Of a stretch of 64,000 bases of DNA, positions 23,031 through 37,115 are shown piece by piece. The stretch covers positions 12,896,001 to 12,960,000 of the forward strand of contig NC_043001.1 in assembly GCF_006345805.1 (NCBI RefSeq), read 5' to 3'. The notes below the pieces were generated by a model. The model had not been told where the DNA came from. It ran no database searches and was given only the letters and a program-made list of their open reading frames with translations. Numbering within the stretch: position 1 is the stretch's first letter; every line of letters starts with the position of its first letter. The position numbers and the translations under genes were made by a program. Source of the stretch: Octopus sinensis (lineage: Eukaryota).

Positions 23031-23496
23031 GGAACATCAATGCACAAATTACTAAACAATTTAATAAACACTAATCTGCAAATATGTGCAGAAATATATG
23101 TATCAGAATCGCTATGTGTGAGCAGATTCTAGAATTACTGGCTGAGAGGCACCATTCTGGAGAAACAAAGAAAGGTGGTGGCAGATCATAAGATATACAG
23201 TATTGCCCTGTATCACATCTGAGAAGATTAAGTTTATTTTCAATACTTGTAGACAAGAGCGCTTGTTAAACAGTTTCCATCAAATCGAATGAAATTTCGC
23301 GTTCGATCGCACTGTGGGAAACAATAAACATCGAGTTAACAAAATTGTGAAAGGTTCATATGTTTCTTAATTAGACACTACGGCGTGGAGTGGAATTCAT
23401 CTCCTAAGGTGACAAATATAGTAAGTCATTCATTTCAGCACCACAGACGCCTACTCCCATTCCTCCACGTACATCTGCACCTTTCCCTCACATATA

Positions 23497-23714
23497 TATG
23501 AGGTGCTGCTAAAACGTTCAGGGATTTAAGCGTTTTGTCAATGGCGTGGTTGGAGACCCAACCACTGGAGGTCTTTTACAGGGAATACAAAAAAGAGATG
23601 GACCCCTGCAATACGTGTCTGAATCTGTGAGGGGAAGGTGTTGAATAAAATCAAAACTTATCTTCCACTATTTTCTCTCATTCTAATTCAGCAACTTTTC
23701 AGCACCGACCCGTG
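23497..23714 (+). mobile_element. Decayed, internally deleted mariner-like element
   Basis: Imperfect TIRs (tatgaggtgctgctaaaacgttc / gcaacttttcagcaccgacccgtg); remnant transposase end …KRW…CLNL(R)GEGVE*. Confidence 0.45.
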
Positions 23715-24051
23715 TGCTCATGTACACATATTGAACACCTAATCCATACCCTCTTAGGCTCATACAAACACGTACGTTTGAACAGATCATTAAATGGATA
23801 TGGAAGGAAGGCAGTGTTTAAAACGTAATCTGACATAAAAATGTACTTGAAGATACATAATACTGGATAAAGATAATTATATTATGTGTAAAATATAAAA
23901 CGAAAATTGTATTAGAAGAGAAGTGTGTGTTCACACACACACACACATACACATGTACATAATATGAGGGATTATTATTCCAAACTTACAGGGAAAAACT
24001 CAATTTAGAAATAGTAAATCAAATTTCACAAAATATAATATATTATATATA

Positions 24052-24470
24052 GGCGCAGGAGTGGCTGTGTGGTAAGTAGCTTGCTTACCAACCACATGGT
24101 TCCAGGTTCAGTCCCACTGCGTGGCATCTTGGGCAAGTGTCTTCTGCTATAGCCCCGGGCCGACCAATGCCTTGTGAGTGGATTTGGTAGACGGAAACTG
24201 AAAGAATCCTGTCGCATATATGTATAAATATATATATGTGTGTGTGTGTGTGTGTTTGTGTGTCTGTATTTGTCCCCCTAGCATTGCTTGACAACCGATG
24301 CTGGTGTGTTTACGTCCCCGTCACTTAGCGGTTCGGCAAAGAGAGACCGATAGAATAAGTACTGGGCTTACAAAGAATAAGTCCTGGGGTCGACTTGCTC
24401 GACTAAAGGCGGTGCTCCAGCATGGCCGCAGTCAAATGACTGAAACAAGTAAAAGAGTAAAAGAGTAAAA
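24052..24470 (+). mobile_element. SINE family A copy
   Basis: Full unit. Confidence 0.9.
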
Positions 24471-24472
24471 AA

Positions 24473-24790
24473 GTATATATAAATTAGAGAAAAAAAACAC
24501 CTTTTATCAATTCAATAACGAAAAATTAAGTTATAGCATTTAGAAAAATTACATATTAAGTATTAAATAACAGATAAAACATATAACAATGATTAAGTAA
24601 TGTGCAAAATAATAAATAAAACATGCTACCAAATATATACGTTTTATTTATTATTTTGCACAATACTTAATCATTGTTATATGTTTTATCATATATTTAA
24701 TGTTTTTATGTAATTTTTCTAAATGTTATAAAGGAATTTTTCATTATTGAATTGATAAAAGGTGTTTTTTTTTCTAATTTTTATATATAT
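24473..24790. repeat. AT-rich foldback (~150-bp arms, 18-nt loop)
   Basis: aaattagagaaaaaaaacaccttttatcaattcaataa…gtgcaaaataataaataaaac [24623-24640] gttttatttattattttgcac…ttattgaattgataaaaggtgttttttttctaattt. Confidence 0.9.
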
Positions 24791-26144
24791 ATATACACTC
24801 ACCTACATAGTTTTATATTATTTTTTAATGTAAAATCCAGTATGCAATAATAAATATAAATGAAATGAATAAAAAGAAAATACAAAGAAATGAAAAGTCA
24901 TGAAGGAAACCAAGCTAATGTGTGTGTGCGTGTGTGTGTATGTGTGTGTGTGCATGCATGTACGTATGTATATAGTGTCTCAGATGAAATGATATCATTC
25001 TATATCGCAAGAGCATCTCATAAAGCATGAGACATCCACTATAATAACATAATCAAACATAGGTGAAAATATGAATAAATACAATTTGGCAGGTGAGATG
25101 TAATTATGTTTCCAGAAGTTGTATATATGAGTTTCTAAATGTCTTATAATGTCTGTTTTTTTTTTCATCAAGAACCGACTTATGAAACTCTATATCTAGC
25201 TTATCTATCATAAGAATGGTTTGAAAAGTTAAAAAAAAAATGTGCATTGTGATAAGCATTTGAACATTTCTTTTACTTAAGCTTCTTGCAATTTTGTTAA
25301 GAAATTAATTTTCTTCAAAAGAGCGACAATTCCTTATTTTACGTATATTAGTTTATGATGTGCAATCTTTTAGTGTTAGGTTTGTGTTTTTGTCAATATA
25401 TAGATTTGTTCGTATGTGCGTATCTCTATTTATTTCTCTCTCACTCATTACTCACTCACGCACTCTCTTTCTGTCTCTTTACCCATCTCCCTCTATCTCT
25501 ATCTTTATATATTTTATCTTACATTCGTCTTAGTCATGAGGCTGCGACCGTGATGGAAAACTGCATTGAAGAATTTTAGTGAATCAGCATTTATTGTATT
25601 TTTTTTATTATTTATGAGCCGGGTGCTTATTCTGTTAGTCACTTATATGTATATCTATACGTATATGGGCATCTATATTTGTATCTTCTTATTTATCTCT
25701 ATCTCACACGTTTGTAGACTTAAAAAAAGACTGATTCTGTTTCCTACACTGAACCATCGTAACCGATATACACCTACAATATACGCCCAAAAATCTATCC
25801 GTGAGACTCCATCGTTAAAGTAGCGTAAGCCCAGCATCTTGCAACACACTATTAGTTTAAATCGAATTTCCACACTAATCTCCTTTAAATCTTATGGGGA
25901 AAATGACTGTAAATCTACATTGCACACATTTCCAAGATCCAAAATTTTCCACCATCTACTAATATTTATTATGACCACAGTTCAGTTACGTACAAGATCA
26001 AGTCTTGAACAAATACATGGCATCCGTTGCGACGTGTCCAGCGCTCTAGCAATGCACTTCCGAAAGTTTGGTACTTATTTATTGAACACGGAAGGACGAA
26101 AGATCAAAATCTACCTCAGTCGTATGCTTTGGGACAAATGCTGA

Positions 26145-27252
26145 TTCCTAAGTTTTTACCTCAGAACACCGATAAATAATCTCAGCTGGGATTATGGCTG
26201 AATCAGTATATGCGTTTTGTTATTTCTTTAAACTTTAATTATTAGCAATTTCTTTAGCATTACACATTAAGATAACTTCATTTCTATTGTTTTCTTTGAG
26301 AACTTTAATTCCCTATGCAAGCAGGCAACTGTAAGATGATTATTTACTTATTGACTATTCCATACTGTTAAGAGGATATTAAAATACAACTTCCTGACAT
26401 TGCTTTGGGAATTAGTTAGAAAATGAACTTTGACATTCGAACCCTGACATGTTGATGCCATCGTAAGGACAAAGGCAGAATGGAATAAATTCACATTGCC
26501 TGAGTGATGTTCTCTTGAGACCGAAAATTTCTTTGGAGCAGAGTGTCTCTTGATATCGGTACAAATTGCGAATACATACAGAATAATTATTGCCCGAGGT
26601 CGGGTCGTGTCTATGACGGAGACTATACCAGTCAGTCGAGTAGATTCTTTTGAATGAGGCTTGCAGTATATGCATTTCGCCTACACGTATATTTCGCAAT
26701 ATCTGTTTGATATACACAGCATTGTACATGTTTTAATAGTATTAATATAACTTCGGAAATTGAATTATAAAAGGTTTATCAAATTATACAACTGTTGAAA
26801 ACAACAAGTAGAGTTTGGACTCAAATTATTTTCGTTTATATTTCAGAAAAATTGTTTATAATCATACATAAATGCTTCACAATGTGCTTTCAAAGCCAAC
26901 TTTAGATATTTGCATTTGAAGAATATCTCTCTTTCCCTTTCTTTCCAGTGTAAGTTAATTTTCTAACTAATTCCTAAAGCAATTTCACGAAGTTGTATTT
27001 TAATATCCTTATTAACAGTATGGAATAGTCAACAAGTAAATAATTATCTTACAGTTAATATGGCGACTGTCGGCTTGCATAGGGAATTAAAGTTCTCAAA
27101 GAAAACAATAGAAATGAAGTTATCTTAATGTGTAATGCTAAAGAAATGGCTAATAATTAAAGTTTAAAGAAATAACAAAACGCAGATACTGATTCTGCCT
27201 TAATCCCAGCTGAGATTATTTATCGGTGTTCTGAGGTAAAAACTTAGGAATC
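26145..27252. mobile_element. ~1.1-kb element with ~280-bp inverted repeats, possibly an inverted-pLTR PLE remnant
   Basis: Arms ~26145-26425 and ~26955-27252 are reverse complements; the spacer weakly resembles a GIY-YIG region on the minus strand (C..YCEIYVGE…KEIF…PYDGIN across frames). Confidence 0.65.
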
Positions 27253-27617
27253 AATTTATATCGGCATATTCGTTAGTTAACTGGACAAAAGTAGTTATGG
27301 AGATCATTGTAAAAATCTGTAAATAATTGATTTACCTTTAGGCTTATGAAGTTAATACCTACCATCTGTCGACATCGCTAGAAAGTCTAGTTTCTCTAAA
27401 TATGTAAAAAATACAAACAAGTTATATAAACTAGCGGAGATTATTAAAAGTTTATAATTATTTTGCCATCACTATGCTGTGAATAAGGTGTCTGGTTTTA
27501 CAAGAGATCATGTCAATATTTATTTTAGCAACGCCGTATATTACCATAATATACACATTTAACTGTCTATATGTACGAAGCATATTTCTATATATCTGCA
27601 TGTGTTTCACACCCACA

Positions 27618-27710
<93 letters not shown>

Positions 27711-28022
27711 ATCCTAATGAATTTCACTTTGTGTCTCGGAGCGACTGTCATATTTGATATAATAAATATAAAATTCCATCGCCATCCAAGTAATAAGATG
27801 TCTGTCTGTTAATTTTTCACTGAAAAGAGCGTACGTTACTGCGTATTTGTTTTGTATTTTTTTTTTACTATTTTAACATAGAAACACATATGCATACCTG
27901 TATACTCACGAATACATATTCACCTACACACCTACATAAACAAGAATGAAAACAAAAACACAGATAGTACTGAATCTTTTGTCATTATACCAATAAGACA
28001 CACCTGCACTGTGTGAATTGCA

Positions 28023-28089
<67 letters not shown>

Positions 28090-28092
<3 letters not shown>

Positions 28093-28715
28093 TAGTTTTA
28101 TTTTTATAGCGTGCTCTCACTTCACTACCGAGCGCAGCTCTGTGTGCCTTGGGTATGTACTGTGATTTGTTGTGATGCTCTGATGGTTATTGTATGGAAA
28201 GTGTTCTGCGTAGGATGTGTGCAGTGCCTAGTAGTGCAATTTTCTGTATGTGATATGTGTTTGTAAGTCATGGTGGTTTTGTTATATATTTGTCTGAATA
28301 TTTTTTTATCATGCCTAATGCACCTATCATGATAGGAATTGATTCTGCTTTTAGATTCCACATTCGAGTTATCTCTATTTCCAGGTTTTTGTATTTTGAA
28401 ATTTTCTCCATTTCTTTTAGAGACGTGTTGTCATCTGCTGGTATTGATACATCAATTAGAAAGCATATTTTTCTTCATGATCTCTGACAACTATATCTGG
28501 CCTGTTGGCCTTAATTTCTCTATCTTGTCTCTCGGCATATCCCAGGGTATGGTAACTGTCTCGTTTTCTGTGACCTTTTCTGGTGTGTGCCTTACCGTCT
28601 TTTTTCTGTTGTTATTCCATAGGGTTTGCATAGCGTCCAGGGTATGTAGCTCCCAACTCTGTCGTGTCTGTGAATATATTCCTTCTTAGCCAGCACAGGG
28701 CAGCCCGAGATAATA
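28090..28715 (-). mobile_element. 5'-truncated R4/Dong-type non-LTR retrotransposon (restriction-like endonuclease) in (TAA)n
   Basis: Minus strand: GCPVLAKKEYIHRHDRV…NRPDIVVRD…LIDVSIP…KEMEKISKY…IPIMIGALG…QKIALLGTAHILRRTLS*; short 3' UTR then (TAA)n. Confidence 0.9.
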
Positions 28716-29230
28716 TGATTTATTGTTTCTTGCGACTCAATAGCTAGATGGCGGTACTTTGCTATTTTTTCTTATTAAAGTTTTCCGCCTTAGGGGCTAT
28801 TGTTGATATTATTATTATTATCATTATTATTATTATTATTATATTATTATTATTATTATTATTATTATTATCATTATTGTTGTTGTTGTTGCTTTTGTTG
28901 TTGTTGTTGCTGTTGTTGATGTTGTTGTTGTTATATGTTTGAGTTTGCATTTGTACAAGTTGATTTCAAGTCTCACCTAGAGACCTCAAGAGACATGCTA
29001 GAAGTTCAAATTGGTATTATGTCTAGGGTGTCATATATTCGGTTTCACAATAAACACTCACACACTCACAAGCACACGCATATACACACGTACACATACA
29101 GAGGGAGGCATGTACACACATACCGAAAGAAACACATTTGTGAGTGAATATATATATATATATATATAGCCACGTATATATATATGTATATAGTAGATAA
29201 TATATGTATATATATAAATATTATATATAT

Positions 29231-29277
<47 letters not shown>

Positions 29278-29509
29278 ATATTAAATTAGAGATAAAACCG
29301 CTATTAGGCAAATCATACATGAAAAACTTAAGTCAATACATAAGATTAATTAATTTTATTTATTTAAATATATATTTTACTATAAAATTGGATTCAATCC
29401 TAAATCTGATTTTTCCCTGTAAGTTTGGATTTATTCCCTAATATTTTATTATATATATATATATTATATATTATATATAATATATATATATATATAATAC
29501 ATAATATAT

Positions 29510-29570
29510 GGCGGTGCCCCAGCATGGCCACAGCTCGTGAGCTGAAACTAGATAAAATAAAAAAGAAAGA
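29510..29570 (+). mobile_element. Extreme 5'-truncated copy of the CR1/L2-group LINE (terminal ~40-60 nt)
   Basis: ggcggtgccccagcatggccacagctcgtgagctgaaa differs from 56091-56128 at one position; lies in (TA)n. Confidence 0.8.
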
Positions 29571-29578
29571 AATAATAT

Positions 29579-29609
<31 letters not shown>

Positions 29610-29999
29610 GTAAGTATGTACGTATGTAAGTATATAAGTAAATATGTACGTATATATGTGTATATATTATGTACACTTCTGATAATGTAAGGTCACCAGA
29701 CATGCACTCTATCCTATTAATGTACTCAGTGTAAATATGCGGTTTAACGACGTAACAATACCTTCTTCCTTGGAGTCGCCGCTCTAGCCATTTTTTAATA
29801 AACTTTTTGCGTCTCCGAACTATCCCCAGGATCAGAGCGAATGGTTTATTGAATTTATAAATCCGCTACTAATTTGCAAATTCAATAGACCATACAGTCA
29901 AAAACGAGACAATTGCTTTGAGGCATGAAGCAGTTTTAAACTCGCTTCGCGAAAAAAGTAATACTAAATTTTTGTAGCTCGTAACATTATACTGTCTGC

Positions 30000-30037
<38 letters not shown>

Positions 30038-31439
30038 GTGAAAGAGAAAGATGAATAATCTTGTAGTAGATTAATCAAAAGTTTAACCGATACCTTAGTA
30101 GCAAAAATCACAGCAGTAAACACTGATAAACAGTTTCGCCAGGGCTCTTAGGAGCATAGTTCGATTTGTTTTTGCTCCGCCTCTGTTCTGTTTTTGTTTT
30201 GTTTTTCCAGCGGATTCCTTTTTCTTCCTGAAGAGAAAGACACAATATGGTCCCATTATTCAATCGGATTTTGGTAATTGTGCCTTTCGAACACTGTAGA
30301 ATGGAAATAAAACGATTTCTGTTCAATCTGCGTTCAGCTCATTTCTTCAATTCACCAATAATGTTATATTATATATATATATATATATATAATATATGTT
30401 GTGTGTATTTGTAATTAAGGTATCTACGAGATAGCGCCACGCTGAAAATAGCAGCCCGAATCTGACTCTAAATTCACATTAAATGTCCATACAGCTCAAG
30501 GACAGAAGACACAAAAGACAAAATAAAACTAGCAAAAAATGACTGGATATTCCAGATCCCGATTGTGGGTTTGATTTAGAAATGCTTTGCCTCATCAGGG
30601 GAATATACGCCAGAAATAACATGAATGCACACACCACCACACACACACACATATATATAACACACACACAACACATATATAATATATATACCACAACACA
30701 CACATATCTTATATATTATATATATATATATAGATAGATATATATATATATTATATATATTATATACATAATATATATACAACTATCATATATGTATATA
30801 TATATATTATATATATATGTGTGTACATATATACATATATAAGCATATATGTGTTCGTGTATGTGTTCTTGTGTGTCTGTGTTGTTGCTCTTAGCATAAC
30901 TAAGCATAATACGTGCACTAGTATTTTTCTGCTTGATTAGCTTATGTGATCAATTTTGTGACCTGAGTTGCTAAATTCCCTATTTCCAGAGAGTGTTCTA
31001 TTAGGTTTTAAAATGTAATTAACGGATAGTTATGATAAGCAAAAACTTTTCCCAATGTGCTTTATTCAGATAAAGTCTGCTCTGCACAAACTCAAACTAA
31101 TAGCGAAATACAGATCTGACTGTCTGGTACATAACTGTAAATGCGTCAAAACAAATAATAAACTTCACCACTCCACCATAATTATTTATCTAATGGTATA
31201 TATTACATCTTAACTCATAACAATTATTTTGATGTAATACAATATTTCTCCTTTGAAATTGCAGACACAAATATTTTTTTTTTATATTAGTACAGGAATG
31301 TCAGTTTGAACAAACAGCATAAATGGCCGTCAGAGATATGCGTTTATATTTAATTTTTTCATTTCCCTATATATGTGTGTGTGTATATATGTGTGTGTGT
31401 GCATATGTGTGTGTACATATATGTATGTGTATATATATA

Positions 31440-31829
31440 TCTTTATATATAGAAGTGAGTTTGTGTGCTGTCTGTCTCCTACGATTTAGATTCCTAACTA
31501 CTCCCACATTTTGCGGTGCAGTTTAACCAAAACCGGGTATCTTATAGTCGTGATTCATATCGAGCCTTCTGGGTATTAGCGCGCGTCTACGATGAGTCTA
31601 CGATTTTAAAAAATTCCCATCAATTTTTCCCATTTTTAATGCATTTGGGCATATATAAGGGAAGTAACTCTCTTAAAAATTTATTATAAATCTCAGAACG
31701 TAAAAAGCTACAGTAACACCCCCCCTTTGTGGTTAGCCATATTGAGATGGCTATTATACTTTACATCTCTCAAAATGCTTATATAGTTATTCCTTACAAA
31801 ACCCGAGCAACGCCGGGCGATACTGCTAG
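31440..31829 (+). mobile_element. Non-autonomous Helitron
   Basis: A|TC 5' end, subterminal hairpin CCCGAGCAACGCCGGG, CTAG|T 3' end, no TSD. Confidence 0.85.
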
Positions 31830-31900
31830 TATATATATATAGTATAATTATTATTATGATATATATATATATATATAGTGTATAATAAAATTAAATAAAT

Positions 31901-32130
31901 GCGACCTTTTAAAGCCCAGCCAGGCTCATGGGCCCGGTTTCCCAGTTTCCATGGCATATGTGTTCCCCAGCTGGTCGGGACGCTAGGCATCGCAGCATTA
32001 ATCATTTTGGCCAGCTGAGTGGACTGCAGCAACGTGAAATGAAGTGTTTTGCTCAAGAACACATGCGTCGCCCGGTCCCAATCTTACGTTCATGTGCTGA
32101 CACTCTACCACTAAGCCACGCACCTCCACA
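31901..32130 (-). mobile_element. SINE family D copy (tRNA head + CORE-like)
   Basis: Minus strand: gtggaggtgcgtggcttagtggtag…gtgttcttgagcaaaacacttcatttcacgttgctgcagtccactcagctgg. Confidence 0.75.
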
Positions 32131-33136
32131 TGCATATTTATATATATATATATTAATATATATATATTATATATATAATATATATAAATATTATATATAT
32201 ATATATTATATATATATATATATATATAACACACGTACATTGTGTTATACCTCTATGCTTGATAACTGGTTTTCCTTCGTTTATGTTCCCGTAAAGATAA
32301 CAGTCAGCATTCTTAACGGTCGGCAAACAAGTAAATAATATAAAATAATTGATGTCAATACAACGATTGTTTGTTCATGTGTAGTCGCTTTGTTAGGTAT
32401 TAAAATTCATCCTCTGATAATTCAGTCCACTTACTTGCGATAGCAAATGTGGCATTTGTTCGCTTATACCAATGGCAAATTTAGAAATGAATTTTATATA
32501 AAATCAACTTAATCAATATAGATTTATGAAACGAAGCTTTTCATATTTGTTCATTATTGTATGAATATTGTTTCCTTCATACAATAATGAACAAATATGA
32601 ACATGCGTTTCGAATGGGACTGATACCCTGGCTTTTGAATGGAACATTATTAGCTTCACGTGTGTCTGTCAGGATGATACAAGATAAGATTTTTCTAGAA
32701 ACACTGCTTATTGCTTTACAGCAAAAGTATCTTTTAAACATATAGTGAATATCAATTCCATTCGTGGCAGAGATTTTCGAGTTATATCACAAATCAAGAA
32801 CGTCACCTTTGTAAGTATACGTGGTGTGTATTTTTCTGATAGTTATACGTATAAATATACTTCTGCATATGTAGAGAAGATGTAGGAAATTCATACTATG
32901 ATATGCCTTGTTAGTCAGTATATAATGTTCTGTTCTTGTGAAATTGAAAAACGGTGCTCCCTACACTGAAATATCAAGTATTAAAATGTTACATGGAATA
33001 AAGACGTTGTGAAAAAAGACTGATAAACTAAATCCTGACCACGTTACCAATAATGGGAGTTTGAGAGAAACCTCGAAACTACGCTTGCTGAATATGTTCG
33101 TTTATTGAAAATAAGAAGAGAAAATATTCGTCGTAT

Positions 33137-33558
33137 TCTCTTTTCTTTTCTCTTTTTACTTGTTTCAGTCATTTGACTGCGGCCATGCTGGAGCACCGCC
33201 TTTAGTCGAGCAACTCGACCCCCGGGACTTATTCTTGGTAAGCCCAGTACTTATTCTATCGTCTCTTTTTGCCGAACCGCTAGTGACGGGGACGTAAACA
33301 CACCAGCATCGGTTGTCAAGCAATGCTAGGGGACAAACACAGACACCCAAACACACACACACACACACCATATATATATATATATATATATACGACGGCT
33401 TCTTTCAGTTTCCGTGTCTACCAAATCCACTCACCAAGGCATTGGTCGGCCCGGGCTATAGCAGAAGACACTTGCCCAAGATGCCACGCAGTGGGATGAA
33501 CCCGAAACCATGTGGTTGGTGGTAGCAAGCTACTTACCACAACGCCACTCCTCCACCT
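33137..33558 (-). mobile_element. SINE family A copy
   Basis: Full unit. Confidence 0.9.
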
Positions 33559-33808
33559 ATGTCTCATTTTTTAATGTCCTTCTTATAAAGAAAATTAAAC
33601 TGAATATACATATTGTCCACTAATGACTCCACTATATATTCAATTACTGCTGAAAGAAAAAGTATGGTAACATACTTTTTCCAATCAGATTTTCCCGTCT
33701 TACGAAAAGGCTAAAAATAGAGGGCATAGTCGAACACGGGTTATCATAGCTGAAACATTGAAGTTCTAGCAAGACATGGCTATCACATGATTAAACAACT
33801 ATTCTTTA

Positions 33809-34233
33809 ACTCTTTTACTTGTTTCAGTCATTTGACTGCAGCCATGCTGGAGTACCGCCTTTAGTCGAGCAAATCAACCCCGAGACTTATTCGATCGGTC
33901 TCGTTTGCCGAACCACTACGTCATAGGACATAAACACACCAGTATCGTTTGTCAAGCGATGTTAGTGGGAGGGGACAAACACAGATTCACGAACATATAC
34001 ACACAACATACATATACATATTATATTCATATATATATATATATATATAATATATATTATATCATATACGACGGGCTACTTTCAGTTTCAGTCTCTACCA
34101 AATCCACTCACATGGATTTGGTCGACCCGAGGCTATAGTTGAAGACACTTGCCTAAAGTGCCACGTAGTGGAACGGAACCCAGGACCATGTGATTGGTAA
34201 GCAAGCTACTTAAGACACAGCCACTCCTGCACC
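33809..34233 (-). mobile_element. SINE family A copy (more diverged)
   Basis: Full unit with an internal deletion in the 3' module. Confidence 0.85.
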
Positions 34234-35322
34234 TATAGCAACAATTATTTAAGTACATATTTATTGTAGACATAGATTCCTACACCCATTCATAACGGTA
34301 GTGTAATTATTTCCATTAAAGAAGTTATCAGATATACAAATATAAGTTGAACTACGTTTGCAGAAAAAATTCGGTAAAATTCTGGCTGTTGTTAAAATGG
34401 CAGCAAAAAATAATTGAATTCAATATAAACTGTCCATTGTGCACACTACACATTCTCTCCTAATTATATTTATGTTTTTAATTCAGGAAATTTAAGATGA
34501 AATCTTATGAGAGAAAGCTTGTATGCAATTAATTAGACATGTACAAGCATACGCCCTCCCTGTCAGTTTTATCGACGTTTAATATATTGAATTATTCGTC
34601 GCTGAATTTTCAATATATTCATTGTTAAGTGCTATTAAATAAACATTTTCCTAGCTTATTTATTTTAACTAACACTAAAGAAAGAATGGTAGGGTCAATA
34701 TCGAACGCTTATTCATTCATAATTATGGAAGGAGAAAGCAAATACCATATAAAATAAATAATATTTGCTTTTAGTGTGCTATTATTTTCTCCGTTGGAAA
34801 TTTTATTTAGTGAATAAGCGGAATTGAAAGAGCCGCCTCGTTGAATTAAAGACAAAAGAAAAGAAATGATTGCATGTTGTGGACTCATTTATTAAAATTA
34901 TCAAAGCAGAATTATAAAGGGCCCATGAACTCACAATTCCATATCGAATCCTTCATAGGGAGATGATTGATATTCAGTATGAACATGTTATTTTTGGGGG
35001 AGAGAGTGGAGGATACTGATCATGGAGCAATCCTTTTCTTTCGATTTCTAGATTTGAAATTATATATGTCCTTTGTTAACATGTAATATGCATTACACAC
35101 ACACACACACACACACACATATGATGTGTGTATGTATATATGTATGTAGCAATCATGTATATATATATATACATTATATATATACATATTAATTAGGAAC
35201 ACCACTATAAATCATATGTAAAACATAAAACATATATAATGATAATACATATATATAGTGTGTATATACACACACACACACACACACACATATATCTAAT
35301 ATATATATGTATATATATATAC

Positions 35323-35372
<50 letters not shown>

Positions 35373-35851
35373 ATATCATATATTTACAGGCATTCGCTTG
35401 TATGTATGCCCGGCATAGTGGAGAACAAAAAACATGTTGGATATATAGGTTATTTCAACGGGAATAGGATTTTAGAGAAAACGATTACCAAATGAATGTA
35501 CGCACAATGAATAGATATGATAAATGCACATTAGTTCGTATTATCCAATGATTGATGTAATATGCTCTATAGTTAGATGCAAATCAATATATTGTTTGTG
35601 TATTGTTTTTTTCATAAGAAAGACAATGGATTAATTTTCTATAATTTATTGATATTTATATATTAAATTATTCTGCAGTTCCGAAATTTCGGGAGATTTA
35701 CAGCAACATACTCTTCAAATGTACAACAGCATAAACGTCGTGAAGGACAATAATAGTATTTCCTAATTTACTAATGATCACAAATATATATGTGTGTGTG
35801 TGTATGGGGGTGGTGTATGTGGGTATGTGTGTATTATATATATATATATAT

Positions 35852-35888
<37 letters not shown>

Positions 35889-36371
35889 CATACACACACA
35901 CACACACACCCACACACACACATATATATATATATACACAAAGTAAGATAGGGGTTATGGGTGTAACCCACTAAGGGATGGCATTTATCCAATATACTGT
36001 TGGTAAAGTACCCACATTCTTAATACATAAATGATTTTAATTGCAATGCAATTAACTCATTTATTGTATTAAACGGGTGAAGGTAAAGAAATATTTTTAC
36101 CGTAAATGTATAATACAAATAAGAAAACGGAGGAAACAATTTAGTTTGTTCATCAACTTTCAGATATTAGAATGTTGGATTATTTATTGTTTTAACAAAA
36201 TGAGAACCTGCTATTGAGGTTCTCATTTTGTTAAATGAATAAGTAATCCAACATTCTAATATCTGAAAGATGATGAACACATTAAATTTTTTTCTCCATT
36301 TTCTTATTTGTATTATGCATAAACACACGCACACACACACACACCAACACACACACACACACACACACACA

Positions 36372-36476
<105 letters not shown>

Positions 36477-36790
36477 AAATAGTGAGGGTAGATATTGATA
36501 TTAATCAATTAAAACCTGTAGCTTTGCATATTTTAAAATCCGAAGATTTAAAATTATATTACATACAAAATTAAGAGGAATGACCACCAAAGTGATCTCT
36601 TAATATGCTAAATATAGACGTCAAATCGCTTAATCGGGAAGAGTATGTTCTCCCAAAAAATTATTTCTGCAAAACGCCAGAATGTAAAAATGAGCTTATG
36701 TCTTGCTTATTTTTACATTCTGGCGTGTTGTTGAAATTTTCTATATTCCGCATATTAGGAATCCACTTTGGTAATCATACCTCTTAATTT

Positions 36791-36869
<79 letters not shown>

Positions 36870-37052
36870 AAGATATAGAACATCCATAAAGTAATTCAAT
36901 GCTGAAAGATATATAAATTTAAATATATTATTACTATTGTTGTACTAAATATATCTACACACACACAGATACACCCAGCACATATTATATATATATGTGT
37001 GTGTGTGTATATATACATACATTATACCACATATATAATATATATATTATAT

Positions 37053-37115
<63 letters not shown>

